Assembly (NCBI GenBank): GCA_963555825.3
Contig: CAUVXB020000001.1
Location: 62,610 to 126,609, forward strand
Reading direction: 5' to 3'
DNA length: 64,000 bases
DNA from: Alphaproteobacteria bacterium
Lineage (GTDB): Bacteria; Pseudomonadota; Alphaproteobacteria; JAAXGF01
Positions 36,265 through 44,523 of the stretch are shown here, one piece after another (position 1 is the first letter of the stretch; each line of letters begins with the position of its first letter). A program made the translations under genes and the position numbers. The notes beneath the pieces were generated by a model. It did no database searches, was not told the origin of the DNA, and saw nothing but the letters and a program-made list of their open reading frames with translations.

Positions 36265-36959
36265 CGGGGCGCCGGCAGCGCCGCGATCGGCGTCGCCTTG
36301 ATCTCTTGGATCAGCTTGAGCCGAATCGCTTCGGCGAAATCGCGGTAATCGTCGGCGACGATGACGAAGGCGCCGACGCCGCCAATCACCGCGAGCCGGT
36401 AATATTCGTCGAGCGTCGGGTCCTCGTTGAGAATGGCGAGCCCGTTGACCGTGATGCCCGCCGCGACCGCGCGCGGCGTCGCGGTGACGACGTAACCGCC
36501 CATGTTGTTGCGTCCGTCGCCCGAGACGTCGATCACCTTGCGCGCCGCCGAGACGCGCCCGAGCATGGCGATCGAAAAATCGATGGCGTGGCTGATCGCC
36601 GTGCCGCCCTCGTTCACCAGGCGTGGCGTGCGGTCGATCCTGCCGGCGATCAGCTCGGCGGTCGTTGGGCCGTGCACCTCGGTCCAATCGAACGCCGGCA
36701 CCTGGGCGTCGGGGCTCGCCCATTGGACCAGCGTGACCGCGATGCCGTTGGGCGCCGATGAGGCGATGGCGTCGTGTACCGCCGGGTGGCGAAAGGCCTC
36801 GGCCAGGCCGCGCATCTGAAGATTGAACTCCCAGGGTTGGACGCTCGACGAGGTGTCGACGGCCAGCACGATCGCGAGATCGACCCCATCGACGGCGCGC
36901 ACCGGGGCAGGGGCCGATAGCATCAAGGCGGCGAACAGGATGGGCACGAGGCGTGTCAT
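36225..36959 (-). CDS. DUF1194 / von Willebrand A-like secreted protein
   Basis: Signal peptide MTRLVPILFAALMLSAPAPVRA, then LAIVLAVDTSSSV..., VIDVSGDGRNN, ITVNGLAILNE, YYRLAVIGGVGAFV. Only the last 244 codons of the 545-aa track ORF are credible. Confidence 0.75.
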   Translation of the reverse strand: MTRLVPILFAALMLSAPAPVRAVDGVDLAIVLAVDTSSSVQPWEFNLQMRGLAEAFRHPAVHDAIASSAPNGIAVTLVQWASPDAQVPAFDWTEVHGPTTAELIAGRIDRTPRLVNEGGTAISHAIDFSIAMLGRVSAARKVIDVSGDGRNNMGGYVVTATPRAVAAGITVNGLAILNEDPTLDEYYRLAVIGGVGAFVIVADDYRDFAEAIRLKLIQEIKATPIAALPAPRYAASSPRLGAAD

Positions 36960-37021
36960 GGCGCCCAGCCTATCGCGCGGTCGGCGGCGCTGGATAGCGA
37001 CAAGAATTGCCGTCGCCGTCT

Positions 37022-38350
37022 TCAAGCGCGCTCGATCGCCTGGTCGAGGTCGGCGATAATATCGTCGACGGTCTCGAGGCCGATCGAGACGCGCACGACA
37101 TCGGGCCCGGCGCCGGCTGCCGCGCGCTGCTCGTCGCTGAGCTGGCGGTGCGTCGTCGAGGCCGGGTGCAGGATCAGGCTGCGCGTGTCGCCGATGTTGG
37201 CGAGATGCGAGAACAGCTCGCACGCCTCGACCACGCGAATGCCCGCCTCGTAGCCACCATCGACGCCGAAGGTAAAGACCGCGCCGGCGCCCTTGGGCAG
37301 GTACTTCTTGGCCAGTGCATGGTAGGGGTCGGACGGCAGCCCGGCGTAGGACACCCAGGCGACCTTGGGGTGCGCGGCGAGCCATTCGGCGACCGTCTGG
37401 GCGTTGGCGCAATGGCGCTCCATGCGCAGCGGCAGGGTCTCGACGCCCTGCAGCAGAAAATAGGCGTTCATCGGCGACAGTGCCGGGCCGAAGTCGCGCA
37501 GCGTGACGGCGCGCGCCTTCATGGTGAAGCCGAAGTCGCCGAAGGTCTCGGCGAAGGTCAGGCCGTGGTAGCCCGGATCGGGCTCGGTCATGGTTGGAAA
37601 CTTGCCGCCCTGCCACCAGTCGAAGCGGCCCGATTCGACGACCATGCCGCCCATCGAGTTGCCGTGACCGCCGATGAACTTGGTCATCGAATGGATGACG
37701 ATGTCGGCGCCCCACTCGAAGGGCCGGCAGAGATACGGCGTCGCCATGGTGTTGTCGACGATCAGCGGCACGCCGTGGCGCCGGGCGATCGCACCGACCG
37801 CCTCGAGGTCGACGACGATGCCGCCCGGATTGGCCAGGCTCTCGACGAAGATCGCCTTGCATTTCGGTGTCATCGCGCGCTCGAAGTTTTCCGGATCGCC
37901 GGGGTCGACGAAATGGCAGGTCCAGCCCATGCGCTTGAAGGTGATGCCGAACTGGGTCAGCGAGCCGCCATACAGGCAGTTCGCCGAGACGAATTCGTCG
38001 CCCGGGTCCAAGAGCGTGGCGAAGGCGAGGAACTGGGCGGCGTGGCCCGTGGCCGAGGCAACCGCGGCGCGGCCGTCCTCGAGGCTCGCGATGCGCTCCT
38101 CGAGCACCGCGACGGTCGGGTTGGTCATCCGCGAGTAGATGTAGCCGAAGGTCTGCAGATTGAACAGCGAGGCGGCGTGGTCGACGTCGTCGAAAACATA
38201 AGACGTCGTCTGAAAGATTGGCGTCGAGCGCGCGCCCGTGGTGGCGTCGGGTCGTGCGCCGGCGTGGATCGCGCGCGTCTCGATGCCGTAATCACGCGGC
38301 GCCCCTTCGGCCGCCAGTGCCTCGTCCAGCGCGTCGTTGTCCTGGGTCAT
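37022..38350 (-). CDS. metY: O-acetylhomoserine aminocarboxypropyltransferase (sulfhydrylase)
   Basis: STPIFQTTSYVFDD, YSRMTNPT, and HSMTKFIGGHGNSMGG (PLP lysine). Confidence 0.9.
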   Translation of the reverse strand: MTQDNDALDEALAAEGAPRDYGIETRAIHAGARPDATTGARSTPIFQTTSYVFDDVDHAASLFNLQTFGYIYSRMTNPTVAVLEERIASLEDGRAAVASATGHAAQFLAFATLLDPGDEFVSANCLYGGSLTQFGITFKRMGWTCHFVDPGDPENFERAMTPKCKAIFVESLANPGGIVVDLEAVGAIARRHGVPLIVDNTMATPYLCRPFEWGADIVIHSMTKFIGGHGNSMGGMVVESGRFDWWQGGKFPTMTEPDPGYHGLTFAETFGDFGFTMKARAVTLRDFGPALSPMNAYFLLQGVETLPLRMERHCANAQTVAEWLAAHPKVAWVSYAGLPSDPYHALAKKYLPKGAGAVFTFGVDGGYEAGIRVVEACELFSHLANIGDTRSLILHPASTTHRQLSDEQRAAAGAGPDVVRVSIGLETVDDIIADLDQAIERA

Positions 38351-38351
38351 G

Positions 38352-38846
38352 TCAGATCGCCTTCTGGCGTTTCGACGAGATGATCTTCGAGTTGATGCCG
38401 CCCCAGCTCAGCTCGCCGGTCAAGCGGCCGTATTCGATCTTCGGGCAACGGTTCATGATCACGGTGAGGCCGGCCGCCTCGGCGCGCGCCGCGGCCGCGT
38501 CATTGCGCACGCCGAGCTGCATCCAGACCACCTCGATGCCCTTCTCGGCGGCCAGCTCGATGGCCTCGTCGGTGACCGTGCCGGCCGCCTCGGCGCCGCG
38601 GAAGATGTCGACCATCTGGAACCGGCCGGGCACGTCGGCGAGGCTGGCGTACACCGTTTGGCCGAGGATCTCGTCGCCGGCCGCCTTGGGATTGACCGGC
38701 AGGACGTGGTAGCCCTTGTCCCGCAGGTACTTCATGGCGAAGAAGCTCGGCCGGTTCCAGTTTGCGCTGGCGCCGACCATGGCGAAGCTCCGACAGCGGC
38801 GCAGGATGTCGCGCAGCAGCGCGTCCGGGTAGTGGTCGTGCGCCAT
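38352..38846 (-). CDS. CoA-binding domain protein (YccU-like)
   Basis: FAMVGASANWNRPSFFAMKYLRDKGYHVLPVNP...VDIFR. Lies directly downstream of metY. Confidence 0.75.
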   Translation of the reverse strand: MAHDHYPDALLRDILRRCRSFAMVGASANWNRPSFFAMKYLRDKGYHVLPVNPKAAGDEILGQTVYASLADVPGRFQMVDIFRGAEAAGTVTDEAIELAAEKGIEVVWMQLGVRNDAAAARAEAAGLTVIMNRCPKIEYGRLTGELSWGGINSKIISSKRQKAI

Positions 38847-38853
38847 GCGGCTA

Positions 38854-38879
38854 GCCCGGATTTCTCGCCATGGACAGGC
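38854..38879. repeat. Solo copy of the MITE terminal repeat, flanked by TA
   Basis: gcccggatttctcgccatggacaggc matches the 20515 element terminus (one mismatch in the shared 25 bp). TA at 38852-53 and 38880-81. Confidence 0.7.
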
Positions 38880-39682
38880 TACTCGCCGCGCCACACCGGC
38901 GCGCGTTTTTCGATGAAGGCGTCGACGCCCTCGCCGGCATCGCGGGCGAGCATGTTGCGGGTCATCGTCTCGGACGCGTAATCGTAAGCCTCGGCGACGT
39001 CGAGCTCGAGCTGGTCGTAGAAGGCGCGCTTGCCCATGGCCATGGTGTAGGACGACTTGCTGGCGATCTTGGCGGCGAGCTCGGCCACCGCGGCATCCAG
39101 CTCCTCGGCCGGCACGGCGCGGTTGATCAGGCCCATACGCGCCGCGCTCGCGGCGTCGATCGCGTCGCCCGTCAGCAGCAACTCGAGCGCATGCTTGCGC
39201 CCGACGTTGCGCGCCAGCGCGACCATCGGCGTCGTACAGAACAGCCCGATGTTGACCCCCGGTGTGGCGAACTGCGAACGATCCGAGGCGATCGCCAGGT
39301 CGCAGGTGGCGACGAGCTGCAGTCCGGCGGCGCTGGCGACGCCGTCGACCTTGGCGATCACCGGCTGCGGCAACCCGGTGAGGCACTTCATCATGTGGCT
39401 ACAGGTGTCGAATACCCGCTGGAAGAATGCCGCGTCGTGATTCGCGCGCAGCTCCTTCAGGTCGTGCCCGGCGCAGAACCCTGGCGCGCTTGCCGCAACG
39501 ACCACGACGCGCACGGCGCGGTCCTCGGCGATCGCGTCGAGTTCGCCCTGGAGCAGGCCCGTCAACTCGGTCGACAGGCTATTGCGCGCCGCGGGACGGT
39601 TGAGCGTCAGCGTCGCGACGCCGGCATCGTCGCTGCGCAGCATGATCGCGTCATCGGTCGCGGTATTGGCAAGGGCGCTCAT
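38879..39682 (-). CDS. Enoyl-CoA hydratase/isomerase family protein
   Basis: VATLTLNRPAARNSL..., FCAGHDLKE, AKVDGVASAAGLQLV. Confidence 0.85.
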   Translation of the reverse strand: MSALANTATDDAIMLRSDDAGVATLTLNRPAARNSLSTELTGLLQGELDAIAEDRAVRVVVVAASAPGFCAGHDLKELRANHDAAFFQRVFDTCSHMMKCLTGLPQPVIAKVDGVASAAGLQLVATCDLAIASDRSQFATPGVNIGLFCTTPMVALARNVGRKHALELLLTGDAIDAASAARMGLINRAVPAEELDAAVAELAAKIASKSSYTMAMGKRAFYDQLELDVAEAYDYASETMTRNMLARDAGEGVDAFIEKRAPVWRGE

Positions 39683-39812
39683 CGTAATCTCCCGGCACGG
39701 CCGCAAATTGCTGTGAGCGATGGTTTACCCCCGGGTGCGCCGCCGATCAAGTCTGCGCACATTGCCGCCCGGCGCGCCGGGCGATAAGCTCGGCGGCCGT
39801 TTGGAGGAAAAC

Positions 39813-40265
39813 ATGAGCGATCAAACCCCGGCCCGTATCACGGTCGAAGAGTTCGCGCGCCTGGCCGCCGAGAAGCTTCCGGTGGTCGCCCAGTTCGGCA
39901 TCCTCTGCGAGCGCATCGAGGCGGGGCGGGTGTGGATGCGCATGCCGTGCGGCGACGGCGAACTGCTGCGCCCCGGCGGCACGGTTCACGGGCCGGCCAT
40001 GATGACGCTCGCCGACGTCACCATGTACGTCGTCGTGTTGAGCCTGATCGGTCGGGTCGAGCTCGTCGTCACGACCAATCTGACGGCCAACTTCCTGCGC
40101 CGCCCGGCGCCCGTCGACATGATCGCCGAGGGCCGCCTCCTGAAGCTCGGCAAGCGCCTCGCGGTCGGCGAGACCTCGCTCTACAGCGAGGGCGACGACG
40201 CGCCCGTCTGCCACGTCACCGCGACCTATTCGATCCCGCCGCGAGCGGACAATTCCGGTGCATAA
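39813..40265 (+). CDS. PaaI-family hotdog thioesterase
   Basis: RPGGTVHGPAMMTLADV... hotdog pattern. ATG follows GGAGGA. Confidence 0.7.
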   Translation: MSDQTPARITVEEFARLAAEKLPVVAQFGILCERIEAGRVWMRMPCGDGELLRPGGTVHGPAMMTLADVTMYVVVLSLIGRVELVVTTNLTANFLRRPAPVDMIAEGRLLKLGKRLAVGETSLYSEGDDAPVCHVTATYSIPPRADNSGA

Positions 40266-40316
40266 CAGCGCTTCGCCGAGGCGTCGGAGTGTGCACAGCG
40301 AACCCCGGAGGCATGG

Positions 40317-40547
40317 GTGAAGACGACGCGCTATTTCGACGAGCAGGTTCTCAGGAAGAGGCCGTATCTTCGGCGCGAGTGGTGCGCCATCGTAATTGAG
40401 AACCCGGTGCACCGGGAGGTTCAGCCGGATGGACGGGTGCGCTATTGGGGTTACGTCCCCGAGCTCGGCGAACGGGCGCTACGTGTGGTAACATTAGAAG
40501 ACGGCGAGACGGTCCATAACGCGTTTCTCGACCGCGACTTTGGTTAG
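40317..40547 (+). CDS. Small hypothetical protein (possibly DUF4258-like), partner of the DUF2283 gene
   Basis: 76 aa. GTG start 5 nt after GGAGG. 8-bp gap to the next ORF. Confidence 0.45.
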   Translation: MKTTRYFDEQVLRKRPYLRREWCAIVIENPVHREVQPDGRVRYWGYVPELGERALRVVTLEDGETVHNAFLDRDFG

Positions 40548-40555
40548 AGGCGAAA

Positions 40556-40771
40556 ATGAAGCTGCATTATTACGCCGAGACGGACAGCCTTTACATCGAG
40601 CTCCAGGCGAACCCTGGGGTCGAAGCCCGGGAGATAGCACCTGATCTGGTCGTTGATTTCGACGCCGATGGTCACGTCGTCGGCATCGACATCGACCATG
40701 CCTCCAAGCATCTCGACCTTTCGACCGTCGACACGGTCGATTTGCCTTTAATCGAGAGAGAGACCGCCTAG
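40556..40771 (+). CDS. DUF2283-domain protein
   Basis: MKLHYYAETDSLYIEL...VVDFDADGHVVGIDIDHAS is the characteristic DUF2283 pattern. Confidence 0.75.
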   Translation: MKLHYYAETDSLYIELQANPGVEAREIAPDLVVDFDADGHVVGIDIDHASKHLDLSTVDTVDLPLIERETA

Positions 40772-40791
40772 CGGCACAACTCGGGTACGTA

Positions 40792-40823
40792 TACACTCGT
40801 GATCGCGTACACTCGTGATCGCG
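40792..40823. repeat. Perfect tandem duplication, 2 x 16 bp
   Basis: tacactcgtgatcgcg occurs at 40792-40807 and is repeated at 40808-40823. Confidence 0.8.
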
Positions 40824-40988
40824 CGACGGCCCCGCCCGGCTCGGCGCGGTGATCCTCACGACGCTGACTGTTTACTTCACCATCGCGCCGCGGGCGGGGC
40901 GGTTGAAACACATTGCACTACTATAATACCGCAATCGTAATTTCTTGAAATTGTGTGGTTATTTTCGAATTAAACGTCGATTTACGCG

Positions 40989-41017
40989 TTGACACGGAGA
41001 TTTTCCGTGGCATACTC
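40989..41017 (+). promoter_or_regulatory. Candidate sigma70-type promoter of rplM-rpsI
   Basis: TTGACA (40989-40994), a 16-17 nt spacer, then CATACT/ATACTC (41011-41017). An A/T-rich tract lies upstream, and the site is 56 bp before the rplM ATG. Confidence 0.45.
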
Positions 41018-41072
41018 CGCGCCTCCGCAAGCAACCCCCGGGGCCGCGCCGGAAACGGCGAAGGCGATCGAC

Positions 41073-41537
41073 ATGAAGACCTATTCAGCGAAGCCATCCG
41101 AGGTCGAGAAGAAGTGGTACGTGGTCGACGCCGAAGACGTCGTCCTCGGCCGTCTCGCCGCGGTCGTCGCGACGCGCCTGCGCGGCAAGCACAAGACGAC
41201 GTTCACGCCGCATATCGATTGCGGCGACAACATCATCATCGTCAACGCCGAGAAGGTGAAGACGACCGGCAACAAGCGGGACGGCAAGATTTACTATTGG
41301 CACACCGGCTATCCGGGCGGCATCAAGGAACGCACGTTGGGCGCCGTGCTCGACGGCAAGCATCCCGAGCGCGTGGTCATCAAGGCGATCGAGCGCATGA
41401 TTTCGCGCAATCCGTTGGGCCACCGCCAGATGAAGAACCTGCACGTCTACGCCGGTGTCGATCACCCGCATGCCGCCCAGCAGCCCGAAGTGCTCGACGT
41501 CGGCGCGATGAACCCCAAGAACAAAAGGACCGCGTAA
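41073..41537 (+). CDS. rplM: 50S ribosomal protein L13
   Basis: [29 protein letters not shown]...[10 protein letters not shown]. Confidence 0.95.
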   Translation: MKTYSAKPSEVEKKWYVVDAEDVVLGRLAAVVATRLRGKHKTTFTPHIDCGDNIIIVNAEKVKTTGNKRDGKIYYWHTGYPGGIKERTLGAVLDGKHPERVVIKAIERMISRNPLGHRQMKNLHVYAGVDHPHAAQQPEVLDVGAMNPKNKRTA

Positions 41538-41540
41538 GCC

Positions 41541-42062
41541 ATGGCCGAGGAAACGCGCACGCTCACCGATCTCAAGGACCTGAAGAGCGCGGCTCCGGCG
41601 CCCGAGGCTGCGCCCGAGGCGCCGACCGAGGCGCCGACCGAGGAAGCCATCGCGCTCGAGCCCAAGATCGACGAACTGGGCCGCGCCTACGCGACCGGCA
41701 AGCGCAAGAACGCCATTGCGCGCGTCTGGATCAAGCGCGGTACGGGCCGGGTCACGGTCAACAACCGCGACATCCTGGTGAACTTCGCGCGTCCGGTCCT
41801 GCGCATGATCATCAACCAGCCATTCGAGGCGGTGAACCGGGCCGGCGAGTTTGACGTCTGGTGCACGGTGACCGGCGGTGGCCTGTCGGGCCAGGCGGGC
41901 GCGGTGCGCCACGGTATCTCGAAGGCGCTTGTGCTGTTCGAGCCGACAATCAGGCCCGCGTTGCGCGCCGGCGGCTTCCTGACCCGCGACGCGCGTGTCG
42001 TCGAGCGCAAGAAATACGGCAAGCGCAAGGCGCGCCGCAGCTTCCAGTTCTCGAAGCGGTAA
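41541..42062 (+). CDS. rpsI: 30S ribosomal protein S9
   Basis: [11 protein letters not shown]...[19 protein letters not shown]...[19 protein letters not shown]. Confidence 0.95.
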   Translation: MAEETRTLTDLKDLKSAAPAPEAAPEAPTEAPTEEAIALEPKIDELGRAYATGKRKNAIARVWIKRGTGRVTVNNRDILVNFARPVLRMIINQPFEAVNRAGEFDVWCTVTGGGLSGQAGAVRHGISKALVLFEPTIRPALRAGGFLTRDARVVERKKYGKRKARRSFQFSKR

Positions 42063-42089
42063 TCCCCGGAAGGGCAATCCTGGTGTAAC

Positions 42090-42123
42090 ATCGGGCGCTC
42101 CGTCGGGGGCGCCCGATTTCGTT
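42090..42123 (+). terminator. Rho-independent-type hairpin after rpsI
   Basis: Stem atcgggcgc (42090-98) pairs with gcgcccgat (42109-17), followed by ttcgtt. Confidence 0.55.
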
Positions 42124-42148
42124 CCGGCACGGGAGATAAGGACAGGCG

Positions 42149-43096
42149 ATGACCGCGAAGGTTTTCATCGACGGCGAGGCGGGCACCACGGGCCTGCAAA
42201 TCCGGGCGCGGCTCGAGGCGCGGGCCGATCTCGAACTGGTCAGCCTGCCCGACGACCAGCGCAAGGACGCCGCGCGCCGCGCCGCGGCGCTGAATTCGGT
42301 CGACCTGGTCATCCTCTGCCTGCCCGACGACGCCGCGCGCGAGGCGGTGGAGATGATCGATAACGCGGACGTCCGCGTGATCGACGCCTCGACGGCGCAC
42401 CGCACGGCCGACGGCTGGGTTTACGGCTTCCCGGAGTACGACGCGGGGCAGGCGGCGCTGATCGCCGGTGCGACGCGGGTCTCGAACCCCGGCTGCTACG
42501 CCCTCGCCTCGGTGGCGATCGTGCATCCACTCGTTGCCGCCGGTGTCTTGCCGGCCGACTGGCCGGTCACGATCAATGCGGTCTCGGGCTATTCGGGCGG
42601 CGGCAAGGCGCTGATCCAGAGCTTCGAGGATCCCGCCGCGCCTGACCCGATCGACGGTGCCTTCCACGTCTACGGTCTCTCGCTCGAGCACAAGCACGTG
42701 CCCGAGATTGCGCGCCGCGGCGGCCTCGCGAGACGGCCGCTGTTGATGCCCAGCGTCGGGCGTTTCCACCAAGGCATGATCGTGCAGGTGCCGCTACTTC
42801 TCGGCGCGCTGCCCGGTACGCCGACGCCCGCCGAGCTGCATGCGATCCTCGCCGATCACTATTGCGGCTGCCAATTCGTCACCGTCGCCGAGGAGTCGGC
42901 GAACCTCGCGCGGCTCGACCCGGAGAGCCTCAACGGCACCAATGAACTGCGTCTATACGTCTTCGGCAACGCCGAGCATGGCCAGGCGGTGATCGCCGGC
43001 GTGCTCGACAACCTGGGCAAGGGCGCATCGGGCCAGGCGGTGCAGAACCTGAACCTGATGCTCGGCCTCGACGAAGCCGCCGGGCTCCGGCCGTGA
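42149..43096 (+). CDS. argC: N-acetyl-gamma-glutamyl-phosphate reductase (short, type-2 form)
   Basis: [21 protein letters not shown] (catalytic Cys), [10 protein letters not shown]. Confidence 0.9.
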   Translation: MTAKVFIDGEAGTTGLQIRARLEARADLELVSLPDDQRKDAARRAAALNSVDLVILCLPDDAAREAVEMIDNADVRVIDASTAHRTADGWVYGFPEYDAGQAALIAGATRVSNPGCYALASVAIVHPLVAAGVLPADWPVTINAVSGYSGGGKALIQSFEDPAAPDPIDGAFHVYGLSLEHKHVPEIARRGGLARRPLLMPSVGRFHQGMIVQVPLLLGALPGTPTPAELHAILADHYCGCQFVTVAEESANLARLDPESLNGTNELRLYVFGNAEHGQAVIAGVLDNLGKGASGQAVQNLNLMLGLDEAAGLRP

Positions 43097-43614
43097 CCGG
43101 CGGCGTCATCCTGCCCTATCAGGGGCGCACACCGCGCATCGCCGACGACGTCTTCGTCGCGCATGGCGCGGTGATCGTCGGCGACGTCGAGATCGGCCCG
43201 CAGTCGAGCGTCTGGTTCAACTGCGTGCTGCGCGGCGACCTCAACGCCATCCGCGTCGGCGCGCGTAGCAACATCCAGGACGGCACCGTCGTCCACATCG
43301 ACAGCCGGGAATTCTCGACCACGATCGGCGACGACGTGACGATCGGTCACATGGCGCTGATCCATGCCTGTACGCTCGAGGACCGCTGTTTCGTCGGCAT
43401 GGGCGCGACGGTGATGGATGGCGCGGTCGTCGAGACCGGCGCAATGGTCGCCGCCGGCGCGCTGGTCACGCCGGGCAAGCGCGTGCCCTCCGGTGATTTG
43501 TGGGGCGGCCGCCCGGCGCGCCGCATGCGCGCGCTCACCGACGAGGACACCAGCCTCTTCGCCGAGATCGTCGACGGATACGTCCGCCTCGCCGCGAACT
43601 ACGCTAGAGAATAA
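43093..43614 (+). CDS. Gamma-carbonic-anhydrase-like / hexapeptide-repeat protein (YrdA/PaaY family)
   Basis: Left-handed beta-helix repeats. [24 protein letters not shown]...IGHMALIH. Confidence 0.85.
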   Translation: MTGGVILPYQGRTPRIADDVFVAHGAVIVGDVEIGPQSSVWFNCVLRGDLNAIRVGARSNIQDGTVVHIDSREFSTTIGDDVTIGHMALIHACTLEDRCFVGMGATVMDGAVVETGAMVAAGALVTPGKRVPSGDLWGGRPARRMRALTDEDTSLFAEIVDGYVRLAANYARE

Positions 43615-43730
43615 TCCGATCGATTGGAATCGGTCGGATTATGCCAGCCTGCGACCGCAGGCCGCCGCTTATGCGGCGAAAGCTTGCGCGGCGATTGAGC
43701 GCAGGCCATCTTTACCCAGTAAAGATGGCC
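43615..43730 (+). repeat. Four-hairpin intergenic repeat, copy X
   Basis: It starts at the first base after the stop codon. It aligns with the reverse complement of 50279-50399, with compensatory changes in the stems. Confidence 0.75.
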
Positions 43731-43847
43731 GGAAAAAATGGGTTAGGGGGTTAACCCCTAACCGCCCGCCCCAGGGGAGAGGCGGCCTTCACGTTCCCGG
43801 GCGCTCACCCTTGATGCGACACCCATCGCAATTTTCGAGGCGGATTC

Positions 43848-44117
43848 ATGGAACAGGAAAAACCGCGGCCGGGATGGGTGCGGACATTCTTGGCGCTCGT
43901 CTTGCTGGTCATCGGGGTCGGTATATGGACTTCCGTTGTGACGGCTATGGGCGATCCTCCTTTATTGGGCGAGGTCGGCACACTGGCTATTTTTGCTGTA
44001 GTTTTCGTCGGATTTTTCCGTTCAAAATCATCTCCCGCGGCAAAAACCGACCCAACACCGTCTCGCCCCAACAACCCGACGGTTGTGCGAAAAACTCTGA
44101 GTTGGTGGAAAAAATGA
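43848..44117 (+). CDS. Small two-helix membrane protein, hypothetical
   Basis: 89 aa. The hydrophobic segments are FLALVLLVIGVGIWTSVV and LAIFAVVFVGFF. It lies inside an 840-bp insert. Confidence 0.4.
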   Translation: MEQEKPRPGWVRTFLALVLLVIGVGIWTSVVTAMGDPPLLGEVGTLAIFAVVFVGFFRSKSSPAAKTDPTPSRPNNPTVVRKTLSWWKK

Positions 44118-44237
44118 TGCGCGCCGGATTGTCCAAACCCTCGATTTCGCATGTTTTCCATTGGCGCTCGCGGCTGACTCAGGCACCGGCCGCGTGTACT
44201 CGGCGAATCGACGCGGCCATTGTGATATACTCAAGCG

Positions 44238-44393
44238 ATGGAACGCTTCGCCCAAATTCCGAAGCCTCCGCCGGACCCGCCGCCCGAGCCGGTGCGCAAG
44301 CCCAACGGCGACCCTCCGGACGAGCCCGGCGAGTACCCACCAGTCCCACCGATGGAACCACCGCCCCCTGTTCCGCCGCCGCCGCCTTTTTGA
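44238..44393 (+). CDS. Possible 51-aa proline-rich ORF
   Basis: MERFAQIPKPPPDPPPEPVRKPNGDPPDEPGEYPPVPPMEPPPPVPPPPPF. It is below the track cutoff. The opposite strand reads Gly-rich, so the coding strand is uncertain. Confidence 0.2.
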   Translation: MERFAQIPKPPPDPPPEPVRKPNGDPPDEPGEYPPVPPMEPPPPVPPPPPF

Positions 44394-44451
44394 GCGCGAG
44401 GGCAATCGACGACATCGACATATACCGCTCTGCCGCAGCGTCCATAGATTA

Positions 44452-44523
44452 GCGCGGCGACGAGGACGCCACCCTCTTCGCCGAGGTCGTCGACGGCTAC
44501 GTCCGCCTCGCCGCGAACGATGC
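44452..44523 (+). repeat. Degenerate duplicate of the last 70 bp or so of the gamma-CA-like gene
   Basis: gcgcggcgacgaggacgccaccctcttcgccgaggtcgtcgacggctacgtccgcctcgccgcgaac aligns to 43539-43603 with about 8 mismatches. Confidence 0.75.

Noticed and set aside
36960-37862. N-terminal 300 codons of the 545-aa track ORF 36225..37862
   Set aside because: This part is out-of-frame read-through across metY. Only the C-terminal 244 codons, from the signal peptide MTRLVPIL onward, look like a real DUF1194 protein.
40792-40823. 16-bp tandem repeat considered as a CRISPR or iteron array
   Set aside because: There are only two units with no spacers and no further copies. It is a simple tandem duplication.
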